Of a DNA stretch of 64,000 nucleotides, positions 52,270-64,000 are shown one piece after another. The position numbers were made by a program, and so were the translations under genes. Numbering within the stretch: position 1 is the first letter of the stretch; each line of letters starts with the position of its first letter. Where the stretch lies: contig OZ024741.1 in the NCBI GenBank assembly GCA_964016885.1, positions 235,352,001-235,416,000 on the forward strand, read 5' to 3'. A model generated the notes under the pieces. That model saw only the letters and a program-made list of their open reading frames with translations. It was not told the DNA's origin and made no database searches. Source of the DNA: Eledone cirrhosa. Its lineage: Eukaryota.

Positions 52270-52635
52270 TATAAGTTCTGCCTTTCTCCCACATTTATAT
52301 TACACATCCAATGGTTGCTTCCTTTATCTCCAACCTACACATGTCCTCTACAGTCACTGTCCATGTTTCACTACCATGCAGCATTGCACTTCGCACACAG
52401 GTGTCATACAGTTGTCTTCTGCATGTAGGGAGACACCTTTTGCTGTCAACAGTGGGAGTAGCTCTCTTTTTCATCCTATCCTTATTCTCTCAGAACACCC
52501 TCCTCCACTGCTAATTAGGTCACCTAGATAACAGAAGCTATCAACCACTTCTATGGACCATACATGTGATTGGAAAATGTTTACATCATTGATGCTCTTC
52601 CTCTTGATTACCCCTGTGCATCTTCTACATACTAA
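52270..52635 (-). mobile_element. Decayed RTE fragment
   Basis: Minus-strand remnants of DSFCYLGD.ISSGGGCSE and LYD.CVRSAMLHGSETW. Confidence 0.8.
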
Positions 52636-53784
52636 TTCTTCCCTTTCTGTTACTCTACATTATGTATATACATATACATAATATATATTTATACATTATA
52701 TATATGTGTCTGTGTGTGTGTATACATACTCACACACATATATGGCAAAATATTGACCTTGCATATAAGCCAATCCCCATTTTATAATCAATTTTTTTTT
52801 TTTGTCACATATTTCTCAGCTTATATATATATATATATATGAGTATATACTGTATGTCATACAGTAGCTCACACACAGGCTGTCTTAACAGTGACTGATA
52901 CATCCAACAAGCTCATCAAAAACCATACACATGCATGAATGTATGCAGCTACACTCTGCATAGTTTTGTCCCTAACGTCATTACTTCCCATGGGAAAAAA
53001 AATGAAGTCAGATATTTTTTCGACAGACCATTAGAACAGGTTACCCTCATTATTACAAACATACAAACCAGTACAACCAGTTAATTTTCAGGTCATGAAT
53101 GACTAAAGCAGCAAGTCACAGTTGTACAACCACACCAACAAACTAACCTGCCACAATTTATTTACACACACACACACAGATATATATATTCATCATCATG
53201 ATCAAGACTATAGTTTTCACATTAACTTTTCCATGTTAGCATGGGTTGGATGGAACTTTTTCAACCGACATTTTACAGCCAGATGCCTTTCCTGACACCA
53301 ATACTTTTAGTCACTTCTAACAATATGCAGGGATATGGTGTACTTATTCTAAACCAGATACACACAACCATATATATTGTGTGTATGTACATTTATACAT
53401 ATTATATATATACTGACATTACAATCCTTAAACACCAAAGTAACGCTGGAGCCACTTTTTTAACATAAAAACAGGTAGAATTCCTAAAACTAATCAGATC
53501 AGAGCAAACAACACGGACACTCTATCTCAAAATTATTTTTGAAAAGCATTTAGAAATGCGCAACCGGTAAAAACTTAAAAACTTAAAACCACAACTGAAT
53601 ACTAACCCATACAATCACTAATACTCTTTTATTCCTAATTAAACCTTTTTTCAACTGTGAACAATTTGTCAGCATTTTCTATTCCGTTTACCAATATATA
53701 TATATATACTTACGGTAAATATTGATGTAATTCAATTCAAGCACTCAACGTATTTTTTCCACAAAGGAATGACGGAGTATATTT

Positions 53785-54045
53785 AGAATAAGAAAATGCG
53801 AAGTAGTTTCAGATGTTAAAGTCACTTATTGATAAGGCTGTGATACATATTTCAATGACGACAGTGGCCACACGATTCCGTGTACCCAGTGCCATGACCT
53901 CATCAGAAGCTGTAAGAAGCTGTCTGATGAGGTCATGGCACTGGGTACACGGAATCGTGTGGCCACTGTCGTCATTGAAATATGTATCACAGCCTTATCA
54001 ATAAGTGACTTTAACATCTGAAACTACTTCGCATTTTCTTATTCT
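53785..54045. repeat. Perfect inverted repeat, 123-bp arms, 15-bp spacer
   Basis: 53785-53907 is the reverse complement of 53923-54045; no mismatch seen by eye. Confidence 0.97.
53919..53993 (+). ncRNA. Type I hammerhead ribozyme
   Basis: Stem I GCTGT/ACAGC, CTGATGA 53924-53930, long stem II capped by ACACG-GAAT-CGTGT, GAAA 53977-53980, TATGTA stem III, ATC triplet 53986-53988. Confidence 0.82.
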
Positions 54046-54060
54046 CTCTCTCTCTATATA

Positions 54061-54610
54061 TATCCAGGGAGTGTAACTTGGAGTTACTGTAGGTTCACCT
54101 GTGTGAGCACTCAATGTTTAGGTTCACTTCAGTGTCAAGGTGTAGAGAACAGCCTCTTTAAGCTATGTAAATAGAATGACACCGTCATTCTTGCTCTTGT
54201 GTTGCCGTTCTGTTTATATGCCAACGTCGGTAGATTACTGATGAATTTTTCCCATCTTGGAGTTCTCACCAGTTTTTACTTATCCTTTCTCCTTATGCTA
54301 AATATTAATAGCATAAGATGTACTGAGGGACATTATAAGAATAAAAACACAACATATATAGGTGAAACAGCTCGTAGCATAAGAGAAAGGATAAGTGAAC
54401 ACTGGCGAGAAGTCCAAAATGGGAAAAACTCATCAGTACTCCACCAACATACCAAAATAGAACATAGGGGCACATTAGAGAACAGAGATAACAATTATAT
54501 CCACACACAGAAAAGATGCAATGCTCAGACAAATTACAGAGGCGACAAACATAAATGAATTCCAACCAAAATTAAACAGAAAACATGAGTGGAATAGCAA
54601 CATCATAACT
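54061..54610. mobile_element. PLE remnants: structured tail (minus), inverted and direct GIY-YIG fragments
   Basis: YIGETARSIRERISEH on plus (~54355-54402) and a LNRKHEW-like end; 54225-54300 is a diverged inverted copy of 54375-54450. Confidence 0.75.
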
Positions 54611-55501
54611 AGTAATTAAGGACAAAATGAAGACATACAGACACACACATAAACCAAGCTAATAAAACAAATCACACACACAGATCAAACAAAAAACCAA
54701 CTAGTGACAAGTAAATAAACACACAAATAAATAAATTAAAAAAAAACACAAGCATATGGATGTAACGCATGTGCAAACCAAGCACACAACACACAAAAAT
54801 AAGATGGTGTACGACAGAACAAAGGAGACACACAAAATAAAAACCCAATCACTGAGGTCACAGAATGTGTGACAAAAGAATTTTAACAATATACAAACAA
54901 CCATACAGTTATCGAACCAACCAACCAACCAACCGGAAATTTATAAATTTATAAAGTGAAAACCAACAGGTGTATGTGTTGTTATTGGCAGCATGACACT
55001 CTCAAAGTATATATATATATTATAATACTAACACCCCCACCCCTCCCCCTATCACATGTGCACCCACACCCACCAGTACATACACTCACTCACACCATTC
55101 ACACACCCTACTACCATCACTAACTCCCACCCACACCTTCACATCTGACCACCCCACCACTAATAATACTAAACATCCCCCCCAACCCACCGTCCATGGA
55201 ATAACACTCAGGAACACATACACACCCACACAAACACTTACACTATTTTCACACCATGCAATCATACACCCACACCACACACGCTCGTGCGTATCCTCAC
55301 ACACACACACTCAGCCTCCGGACTCCATACGCCCCCCCCTCTCCCCCCAGACGCACACACACCGACTTTCACCCCATGTACACACTGGTTTCCCTATTAC
55401 CCGAACATGGAACCTCGTTCTTACCCCAACTCTCACATTCACATCCACACACACACACACGTACACTCACACCACCTTCAGCCCTCCCGTCTCCATAAAT
55501 A

Positions 55502-55542
<41 letters not shown>

Positions 55543-55920
55543 TACAATGAATCCCAGTTTTTAGAATAGGTGTACCATATTCCTGTATATGTTACAAGGT
55601 GACTAAAAAAGTTGGTATACCAGTACATGGAATCATGGCAGAAAATTTGAAGAAAACATATGACAAGATAAAAGTACTAATCAACTTAGACCAGAATACC
55701 AATATACTGCCATTGGGTAACTTTACTAACCTCAACTAACCAGAGAGATACATTCTCTCAAGTATATCACTATAGGATCATAGAAAAGCAGAATCTCTGA
55801 CAGACTTCACAAGCATGCAGATCATGGAACAACACACTCGATCTTCAGCTGTGTAAAAATGACACTTATAAACTTCTCTGATCATAACATTGTAGATGTA
55901 ACACTGTATGTGGTCTAAGG

Positions 55921-56113
55921 CAGAGGTTGGGAACCTACAGTTCTGAGAGCCGTATATTAACTCTTTAGTCTATCTTAAATGGTCAAAAATTGCGCTGATT
56001 AAAAAGACAAAAGATTAGTCAAATACATGTTTTCTTGAATATATTTTAGTATATTGTGGCTCCAACAGTTTCAATCAATGGATCTTCAAATTAAAAAGAT
56101 TCTTCCGCTCCTA
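55921..56113. mobile_element. hAT-type MITE
   Basis: CAGAGGTTGGGAACCT start, degenerate right TIR, 8-bp TSD GTCTAAGG/GTCGAAGG. Confidence 0.65.
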
Positions 56114-57554
56114 GTCGAAGGGAGTGTGTAGCTCAGCAAAGATATATCAATAATATTGTAACTGAATATCCACATAGCTCAATGGAAATAAATTTAGAAT
56201 GTAATTTGTAGCATAAACTGAACTCAAACCCTGTTTAAAAGACTGCATAGAACTGAAAGACTTTATGCTTATAATAATGTACTATATGCATTAAGCATGC
56301 CCTAATGAGGAAATTCAACAATGATCAATGAAATATTATCCCCAGAAACAGAAAGGTCTCATGAGATGGAGGAAAACTCTCATGAGACAAAGAAAAACTC
56401 TCAGGAGACGAAGATAAAAGATTTTAATTGGTTTAAATAATCAAACAACTAAAAAAGAAAGGAACAAGTTTAAAATGTTGCTCATAGACATTTAAAATAA
56501 AATTAAAGTACTCCAACAAAGGAAACATGGGCAGTGGAAAACACATTAACTGTAAAGCTTTCTATAGTTTTACCAATAGAATCAGTCTCATGTTCCACAA
56601 AATAGGTCCCCTGTTTGAAGGAAGAGGATTACTCACCATGCAGACCCATGCAAAGTGAGTGAACAATTCAGTAGTATGTCCTCCACACCACTGATATATA
56701 AAGCGTTAAGTCGACAGATTTTTCTTTTTTCAGCACAACAGTCATATATGGAGAAGACAGAGCCATGAATAACAAACATACAAGAAACTGAAGTAATAGC
56801 TACCTAAGACAAAGTGAGTTCAAAACTCACCAGCAGACGCAGCAATTCTCCTAAAAACATGGAAAACCAACCAAACTGAGACACCTTTTCCATCATTATT
56901 CCAAGACTTTCTGAAAAGTAGCCAAATCCCGAAGGAGGGCATAATATGTGTTACATAGTTAAGAAGTTTAATTTACAACCCCATGGTTTCATGTTCAATA
57001 CCACTGCATGATACCTTAGCCAAGTATATTTGGTTGATCAATGCCTTGTGAGGGAATTGGTAGTCAGGAACTGTGAGTAAATCTAGTCTGTGTGTTTGTG
57101 TGTGTGTACAGGTTCAGGTATCCATCTCCAATAATCATCATATCAATGCTATTTAAGCCTTTCATTACCATATATATAATGACTCCGCCTTTGACTTTCA
57201 AATAATTTTGAAAATAATTGAGAATTTAAAAGAATTTAATTATATAACAAACTTTCATTTATATAGTGTTTAAAACATATCTTAATCGAAGTTCTTACAT
57301 AGAATTATGATTGGGGCTTTTTAGACAAATATAAACACTTTAAAAAAAGCTGTTTTGTATTGTAGAATCAGGAGTATTTTCAAACAGAAGTTAACAGTAA
57401 GCAGTAATATTTATGTCCTATGTAAACAATTTGCATAATGGTTCAAGAAATTGTAGAAAAACTGCCTCAAAAATGTCTTATTCAACCTCTCTGTGTGTGT
57501 GCATATATGTGTATGTTTGTGTGTATATGTGTATATATATCATCATTTCATTTC

Positions 57555-57887
57555 ATCATTTCATTTTACGTCCGGTTTTTCCCTGCTTGCAAGGGTGGGA
57601 CAGGAACTGATTCTGGCTTTATTTCTACAGCCGGATGCCCTTCCTAACACCAACCTCATTTACAGTGAGTGCAGGGTGCTTTTTTGTCATGGCACCTCCG
57701 TGACCACTTTGCAGTGGAATGATAGGGATCCCAGTCCCTATCATCTCATTTCTACAGCTGAGTAAACTGGAGCAATGTGAAATAAAGTGTCTTGCTCAAG
57801 GAAACAACACATCACCCGGTCTGAGAATTGAACTCACAACCTTTCGATTGCAAGGCCAATGCTCTAACCACTAAGCCATGTGCCTCC
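57555..57887 (-). mobile_element. SINE family A
   Basis: Full-length match to 12313-12642. Confidence 0.9.
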
Positions 57888-57933
57888 ATGTATAATATAT
57901 CCATGCCTCTATGTATAATATATATATAAATAT

Positions 57934-58174
57934 ATCCAGCTGTAGAAAACCCGCCAGACAGTCCACGCTGTAATGTGGCCGTGTAGGCAACACGGTAAAA
58001 ACCTCCCAGCCCCACACTGTAAATGTGGTTGGTGTTAGGAAGGGCATCCAACCGTAGAAAACCCGCCAGACAGTCCTATGCGAGCAAGACAACCACTCTT
58101 GCCTCAAGTGGGAAAACTCCCGTCCAAACCCATGCAAGCGTGGAACATGGACGTTAAACGATGATGATGATGAT

Positions 58175-58177
<3 letters not shown>
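57934..58177 (+). mobile_element. RTE family 1 3'UTR fragment
   Basis: Matches 5816-6063. Confidence 0.9.
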
Positions 58178-58205
<28 letters not shown>

Positions 58206-58825
58206 GTATAATATATATATATATAATTTTTATATATTATACATATACATATATATAATATATATATATATATATTATACATATATATATATAATATATA
58301 TATATATTATACATATATATATATAATATATATATATTATACATATATATATATATTATACATATATATATATAGTATACATATATATATTCAAAACAAC
58401 AAACAGCGAAGGACGCATTCCGGACCTGTCCGACAGACAACCTTTTCCCCCCACCCCGGAAAAAACCCCAGTTGATGGATGTGAATCAGAAATATATAGG
58501 GACATATATATATCCCCAACACACTATATCGGACATAACATCTGGCGCCGCTGATTTCTTAGTGGCAATAAACCAAGGTAACTCTCTCTTGTGTTGTTAT
58601 TTTTATTCTATCCTTTATACTCTTCCCTTCATTCTACACAGCTCACACATCTTATACACACCACACATCTCAACGTACACCCACTTACATCTCTCTCTCC
58701 ACCACCGGACCTTGTTACCCGGAGATTTACCCATTTGCATTGTCGAGGCTTCCAAACAACTTAAAGATATATATATATATATATATATATATTATACATA
58801 TATATATAATATATATATTATATAT

Positions 58826-59164
58826 CATCATCATTATTTCATTTTGTGTCCACTTTTCCCTGCTTGCAAGGGTGGGATGGGAACTGATTCTGGCTTGATT
58901 TCTACAGCTGGATGCCTTTCCTAACACCAACCTCATTTACAGTGAGCGCTGGGTGCTTTTTTGCCGTGGCACCTCCACGACCACTTTCCAGTGGAATGAT
59001 AGGGACCCCAGTCCCTATCATCTCATTTCTACAGCTGAGTAAACTGGAGCAATGTGAAATAAAGTGTCTTGCTCAAGGAAACAACACATCACCCGGTCTG
59101 AGAATTGAACTCACAACCTTTCGATTGCAAGGCCAATGCTCTAACCACTAAGCCATGTGCCTCC
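58826..59164 (-). mobile_element. SINE family A
   Basis: Full-length match to 12313-12642. Confidence 0.9.
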
Positions 59165-59281
59165 ATATATATATATAATATATATATATATTATACATAT
59201 ATATATAATATATATATATATATTATACATATATATATATAATATATATATATATATTATACATATATATATATAATATAG

Positions 59282-59344
59282 AAGTGGTTACACAACAGTC
59301 AGTTCACCATACCGAGAACAATTGTTTCACCTTAGTGGATCCTC
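59282..59344 (-). mobile_element. Solo fragment of the Neptune-type PLE pseudo-LTR, truncated inside the hammerhead core
   Basis: Near-identical to 7324-7387. Confidence 0.85.
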
Positions 59345-59446
59345 ATTGTGTTTAATTTCGTTTATTGCCACTAAGAAATCAGCGGCGCCAGATGTTATGT
59401 CCGATATAGTGTGTTGGGGATATATATATAATATATATATAATATA

Positions 59447-59978
59447 TCTAGAATAAGGACGGGTTGGAAGAAGTTTAGGGAGCTGCTTCCTCTGTTGACA
59501 CAGAAGGGTTTCCCCTTGCGTACGAAAGGACGGTTATATGATGCCTGTGTGAGATGCACGATGCTGCTTGGTAGTGAGACATGGGCAACAACTGCAGAAG
59601 ATATGCGACGGCTGGATAGAAATGAAGCAAGTATGCTCCATTGGATGTGCAATGCCAATGTGCATGAACGACCAAGCATAGACGAGTTGAGAAAGAAACT
59701 GGGTATAAGAGGGATAAGTTGTGGTGTGCAGGAGAGAAGGCTGGGATGGTATGGACATGTGATGCGCATGGAGGATGACCGATGAGTGAAGAAGTGCCAG
59801 GAAGTCCCAGTGGAGGGAAGATGCAAAAGAGTTAGACCACGAAAAACATGGGCAGAGGTGGTGAGAGCAGACCTCAGATCACTGAAGGACCGTGAGGGGT
59901 GGAGAGATGCTGTGCTGAATAGGACCCATCCCACCCTTGCAAGCAGAGAAAAGCGTACGTAAAATGATGATGATGATA
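59447..59978 (+). mobile_element. RTE family 3, 5'-truncated
   Basis: KGRLYDACVR..ML.GSETW...RL.WYGHVMRM; (ATG)n tail. Confidence 0.92.
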
Positions 59979-60103
59979 ATATATATATATATATAATATA
60001 TATATATATCATCATCATCATCATTTTATGTCCGCTTTTCCCTGCTTGATATATATATATATATATAAATATATATAATATATATATAATATATATATAT
60101 ATA

Positions 60104-60520
60104 CAGGGTGTGGACGATATTTGTTCGCGATTTTCAACTGCTAATTTTATGCAAATTTTTTTTACTTCCGTTGTCACTCTTGTCTTCATAAAAACAGTGA
60201 CTATATTTCCATTATTTATTTTCAGAATAATTGATTATGAATAATTTTGAACCTCCAAATTTGTGGAAGAGACACGGAATTCTTCTTGGAATCCACGCCG
60301 GGAGGACAAATAAGGAAATTTCAGACTTTCTCAGCTTCAGCAGGAGAATTGTGGAAAAGGTCAGAAAGGAATTGGAAGATTCAGGATTCGACTACGAAGC
60401 AACATCAGAGGGGAAAACACATGATCGATGATATGACGCCTTCAGAACGCCCGAGTTCGTCGCTGAAGTTCAGGATATCATCAACAATGAACCTAGCAAG
60501 TCGATGCGTGCCATTGCAAA
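60104..60520 (+). mobile_element. DD37D/maT transposon, left part only
   Basis: TA|CAGGGTGTGGACGATATTTGTTCGCG TIR as at 39162; HTH-type N-terminus MNNFEPPNLWKRH...KSMRAIA. Confidence 0.9.
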
Positions 60521-60790
60521 TCATGGTGGTTTGAAGTTTGTGAATCTAGTAGCTATTTTATGCCTACAGAAAATTGATCTTTCTATTTTGCTGTTCAGCA
60601 GCATCCCATCGTACCTTAAAATATGTAGTAGTTCTAAATTACAAAGCCCGCAGTGGGACATTCCATTGCTGTAGGGTCTTGCTACCGATAATTTTGACCA
60701 GCTAATCTTATATTCTAGGTTTTTGTCCTTAAGCTGCCAGATTTTATTGGCAGCTCTCTGTCTGGTTGGAGCTCTGCTCCAGTCACAAGT
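60521..60790 (-). mobile_element. Neptune-type PLE GIY-YIG C-terminal fragment
   Basis: KIWQLK..EYKISW...PYS....CGLCNLE...LLNSKIE...CRHK. Confidence 0.82.
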
Positions 60791-61260
60791 TTCATCTGCC
60801 ATAAGTTATCATCTATGTCATACGACTCTAAATCGTCTTCTTTTTCGTCATACACATCTTGAAGGGCTTTCCTAAATTTGTATTTTAGTGAAAGGTCTTT
60901 TAGCTTCCAGACCTTTCTTCTCCACACCTTCCTGTATGTCTCATTCCGTCTCTTGCTTACTGATATATGACTAATGACTATCCTATGCATTCTTCCCCAG
61001 GGTTTGCGTTGGTATTTGACACCATCGGTCTGTCCCGCTGCCTAACTAGTAAGAAGTCAATCTGGCTTATGTGCTCGCCTGATTTGTAGGTTATTAGGTG
61101 GTTGGCAGGTTTCTGGAAGTTAGTGTTGCAAATGGTTAGTGTACTTGCATCACAAAATTCAAGAAGTCTCACTCCTTCATTTCTTGAGCCGTAATCGTGC
61201 CCACCATGTACCCCAGTGTAACCATCCTGGAGCTGTCCAACATGACCATCGAAGTCCCGA
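60791..61260 (-). mobile_element. RTE apurinic-endonuclease domain fragment
   Basis: DFDGHVG...GVHGGH.YGSRN.G.RLLEFC...NTNFQK...ITYKSG..SQIDFLL...HRIV. Confidence 0.88.
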
Positions 61261-61336
61261 TATATATATATATATATATGTATATATCGGGACTTCAATG
61301 GTCATGTTGGACAGCTCCAGGATATATATATATATC

Positions 61337-61680
61337 ATCATTTCATCATCATTTCATTTTACGTCCGCTTTTTCCCTGCTTGCAAGGGTGGGACGGGAAC
61401 TGATTCTGGCTTGATTTCTACAGCTGGATGCCCTTCCTAACACCAACCTCATTTACAGTGAGTGCTGGGTGCTTTTTTGCCGTGGCACCTCCACGACCAC
61501 TTTACAGAGGAATCATATGGACCCCAGTCCCTATCATCTCATTTCTACAGCTGAGTAAACTGGAGCAATGTGAAATAAAGTATCTTGCTCAAGGACACAA
61601 CACATCACCCGGTCTGAGAATTGAACTCACAACCTTTCGATTGCGAGGCCAATGCTCTAACCACTAAGCCATGTGCCTCC
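61337..61680 (-). mobile_element. SINE family A
   Basis: Full-length match to 12313-12642. Confidence 0.9.
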
Positions 61681-61699
61681 ACATATATATATATATATA

Positions 61700-62744
61700 A
61701 TCATCATCATCATCGTTTAACGTCCATATTCCACGCTTGCATGGGTTTGGACGGGGGTTTTTCCCACTTGAGGCAAGAGTGGTTGTCTTGCTCGCATAGG
61801 ACTGTCTGGCGGGTTTTCTACGGCTGGATGCCATTCCTAACACCAACCACATTTACCGTGTGGGGCTGGGAGGTTTTTACCGTGTTGCCTACACGGCCAC
61901 ATTACAGCGTGGACTGTGTGTTTTTTTGTCGTGACACCTACACGACCTCATTTGTTTCGGGCTGGATGTTGTCACACCAACATAACTTTATATTGAAGGG
62001 GTGGTGTGGATGGGGTGGGGGTAGTGGGATGGGGTGTATTTTGTTAGAGGTGCCTACTGACTGTAGTAGGTTTCACTTTGTACTCAGGTAAGGCGGGTCT
62101 TCTCTATTATTGAGTACCGCCAAAGATCTCGGTCCAGTGACATTGTCTTGGAGAGGTGTAAGTGTGTGAGGTCGGAATTTATCAAGTCGTCCCAGGTTTT
62201 TCTGGATCTGCCTACTCCGTGGCTACCGTCTATTTTTATTGCCCTGCACTTTTTTATACAGCTGTCGTCTTTCATGCGCATCACGTGACCATACCAACGT
62301 AGTCTTCTCTCGAGTAAACAACATCTGATACCTCTTATTTCTAATTTCTCCCTTAGTACGTTTATGCTTTGCCGTTCACGTATGTTACTATTACACATCC
62401 AGCGGAGCATGCAAGCTTCGTTTCTCTCCAGTCTGCGTATATCCTCTGCACACAATGCCCAGGTCTCACTGCCATGTAACATTGCTGTTCGTATGCAGGC
62501 ATCATACAGCCTGCCTTTCATTTCTAGAGAGAACCCTTTAGCGGCCAATAGTGGTATAAGCTCTCTGAACTTTTTCCATCCCGTTCTGACCCTAGCTACT
62601 GTACTTTCAGAGCACCCTCCCCCACTGCTGATTTTATCACCCAGGTAACGGAAGCTGTCCACTATTTCTATAGAACCATCTGTGCAATGGAATGAGTATT
62701 CTGTGGGCACTTGTTGCTACTTATTGCACCAGAGCACCGGCCAT
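61700..62744 (-). mobile_element. RTE family 1, 5'-truncated
   Basis: ORF 62084-62710 near-identical to 8662-9325; 3'UTR and (ATC)n tail. Confidence 0.95.
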
Positions 62745-62768
62745 ATATATATATATATATATAATGTA

Positions 62769-63180
62769 GCATGGCTTAGTGGTTAGAGCATTGGGCTTGC
62801 AATCGAAAGGTTGTGAGTTCAATTCTCAGACCGGGTGATGTGCTGTTTCCTTAAACAAGACACTTTATTTCACATTGCTCCAGTTTACTCAGCTGAAGAA
62901 ATGAGATGATGGGGACTGGGGTCCCTATCATTCCACTGCGAAGTGCTCGCGGAGGTGCCACAGCAAAAAAGCACACTGTAAACTGGACGTGTAGGAAAAA
63001 AAATAAAAGCACCCAGTACTCACTGTAAATGAGGTTGGTGTTAGGAAGGGCTGTAGAAATCAAGCCAGAATCAGTTCCTGTATGAGCAAGAGAAGGTCAG
63101 CCAACCGGACACTGCCCACAATAGGACAACCCGTCTAACCCATGCTAGCGTGGAAGAACGGACGTAAAACGGTATGATGA
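62769..63180 (+). mobile_element. SINE family A head and core with an RTE family 2 tail
   Basis: Ends GGACAACCCGTCTAACCCATGCTAGCGTGGAAGAACGGACGTAAAACGG as at 41161-41209. Confidence 0.85.
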
Positions 63181-63199
63181 TATATATTATATTATATTA

Positions 63200-64000
63200 C
63201 TAGCAGTGGTACCTGGCGTTGCACGGGATAAGGTATTTTGGAAGACCTAATCGTGGATAAACTGCATGCCTGGACAATATGTAAAGAAAATAAACCAAAT
63301 ACTCTGATGGCTGGATAATCTTTAAGATTTTCCTCGATGAAGCAGGAAAAATGCAGGTTTTCACCTAATGCAGGCCCTAGGGGATCAAGAAAATGATTTT
63401 TTTTATGTGCATAATATGCCTTGAAATTTCGGGAAAATCAGCTAGACGTACGCCTCCAAAAAGCTCTAAAAAGCTGAAAAAAATGAAATTTTTCACCTAA
63501 TGCGGTCCCTAGGCCATAAAAAAGTTGGATTTTCTTTGCTCACGGTATGAAGAAGACTGACTAATACATAGTTACAATTTCAAGGAAATCGGTCTGACGT
63601 AACGCCTCAAAAAAACCCTAAAAAGCTTAAAAATGCAGTTTTTCACTTAATGCAGGCCCTAGGAGATTATGTGCATAACACTCCCTGAAACATAATACAC
63701 ATGTAAAGTTTAAAAAAAAATCTGTTGGGTAATTCTCGAGTTTTAGGGATTCAAACTCACAGACACACACAGACATCGTCAGGGAAGTAATGTAATGCAG
63801 ACAGCCTGACACACAGACAGATATTATAAGGGCGCGACGTTATATGTATGTATCTATCTAAAAAGAGAAAGACTAAGAATTATAGAGAGAGATCGCTAAA
63901 TCGCCTAATGTGGTCCCTAGGGCATTGAAAATTTGCTCCGAACACTACCTGAAACATAAGTATTACATGTGTAAAGTTTGAAAACAGTCGGTTGGGTGGT
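63200..64000 (-). mobile_element. Non-autonomous Helitron (continues past the right edge)
   Basis: Minus 3' end CCCGTGCAACGCCAGGTACCACTG-CTAG|T; internal repeats of TTTTCACCTAATGC.GGCCCTAGG; same family as 45816-46100. Confidence 0.82.

Noticed and set aside
53813-54017. Two near-identical 63-aa ORFs on opposite strands
   Set aside because: Direct consequence of the palindrome; no coding signal.
55540-56520. L1/Tx1-like relic
   Set aside because: A-rich with a faint resemblance only; no motif I can state confidently.
57153-57393. Second piggyBac MITE bounded by TTAA
   Set aside because: The two ends do not form a convincing TIR.

Overview
Repeat-dense, AT-rich eukaryotic DNA. The SINE/RTE repertoire, the (TA)n/(ATC)n load and the single-exon polyQ C2H2 gene suggest an octopod cephalopod, but that is inference. 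Only one host gene is well supported: an 8-finger C2H2 zinc-finger ORF (23141-24838, minus). The rest is mostly RTE-clade LINE fragments, two tRNA-derived SINE families, Penelope-like element (PLE) remnants, non-autonomous Helitrons, DD37D/maT mariners, piggyBac- and hAT-type MITEs and three large tandem arrays. Main observations: (1) several PLE-type fold-back inserts carry type I hammerhead ribozyme cores, one in a perfect 123-bp-arm palindrome; (2) a ~5.4 kb array of an 83-bp unit has amplified out of the reverse-transcriptase coding region of a dead RTE LINE and shows 2-, 3- and 6-mer higher-order periods; (3) a ~3 kb 21/26-bp array sits inside a Helitron; (4) a tRNA-cloverleaf-headed element has a relative with the PLE-type inversion; (5) (TA)n tracts recur at 5' truncation junctions and at the centre of fold-back duplications. 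All calls were made by eye with no alignment or database search, so repeat boundaries are approximate (a few to tens of bp).
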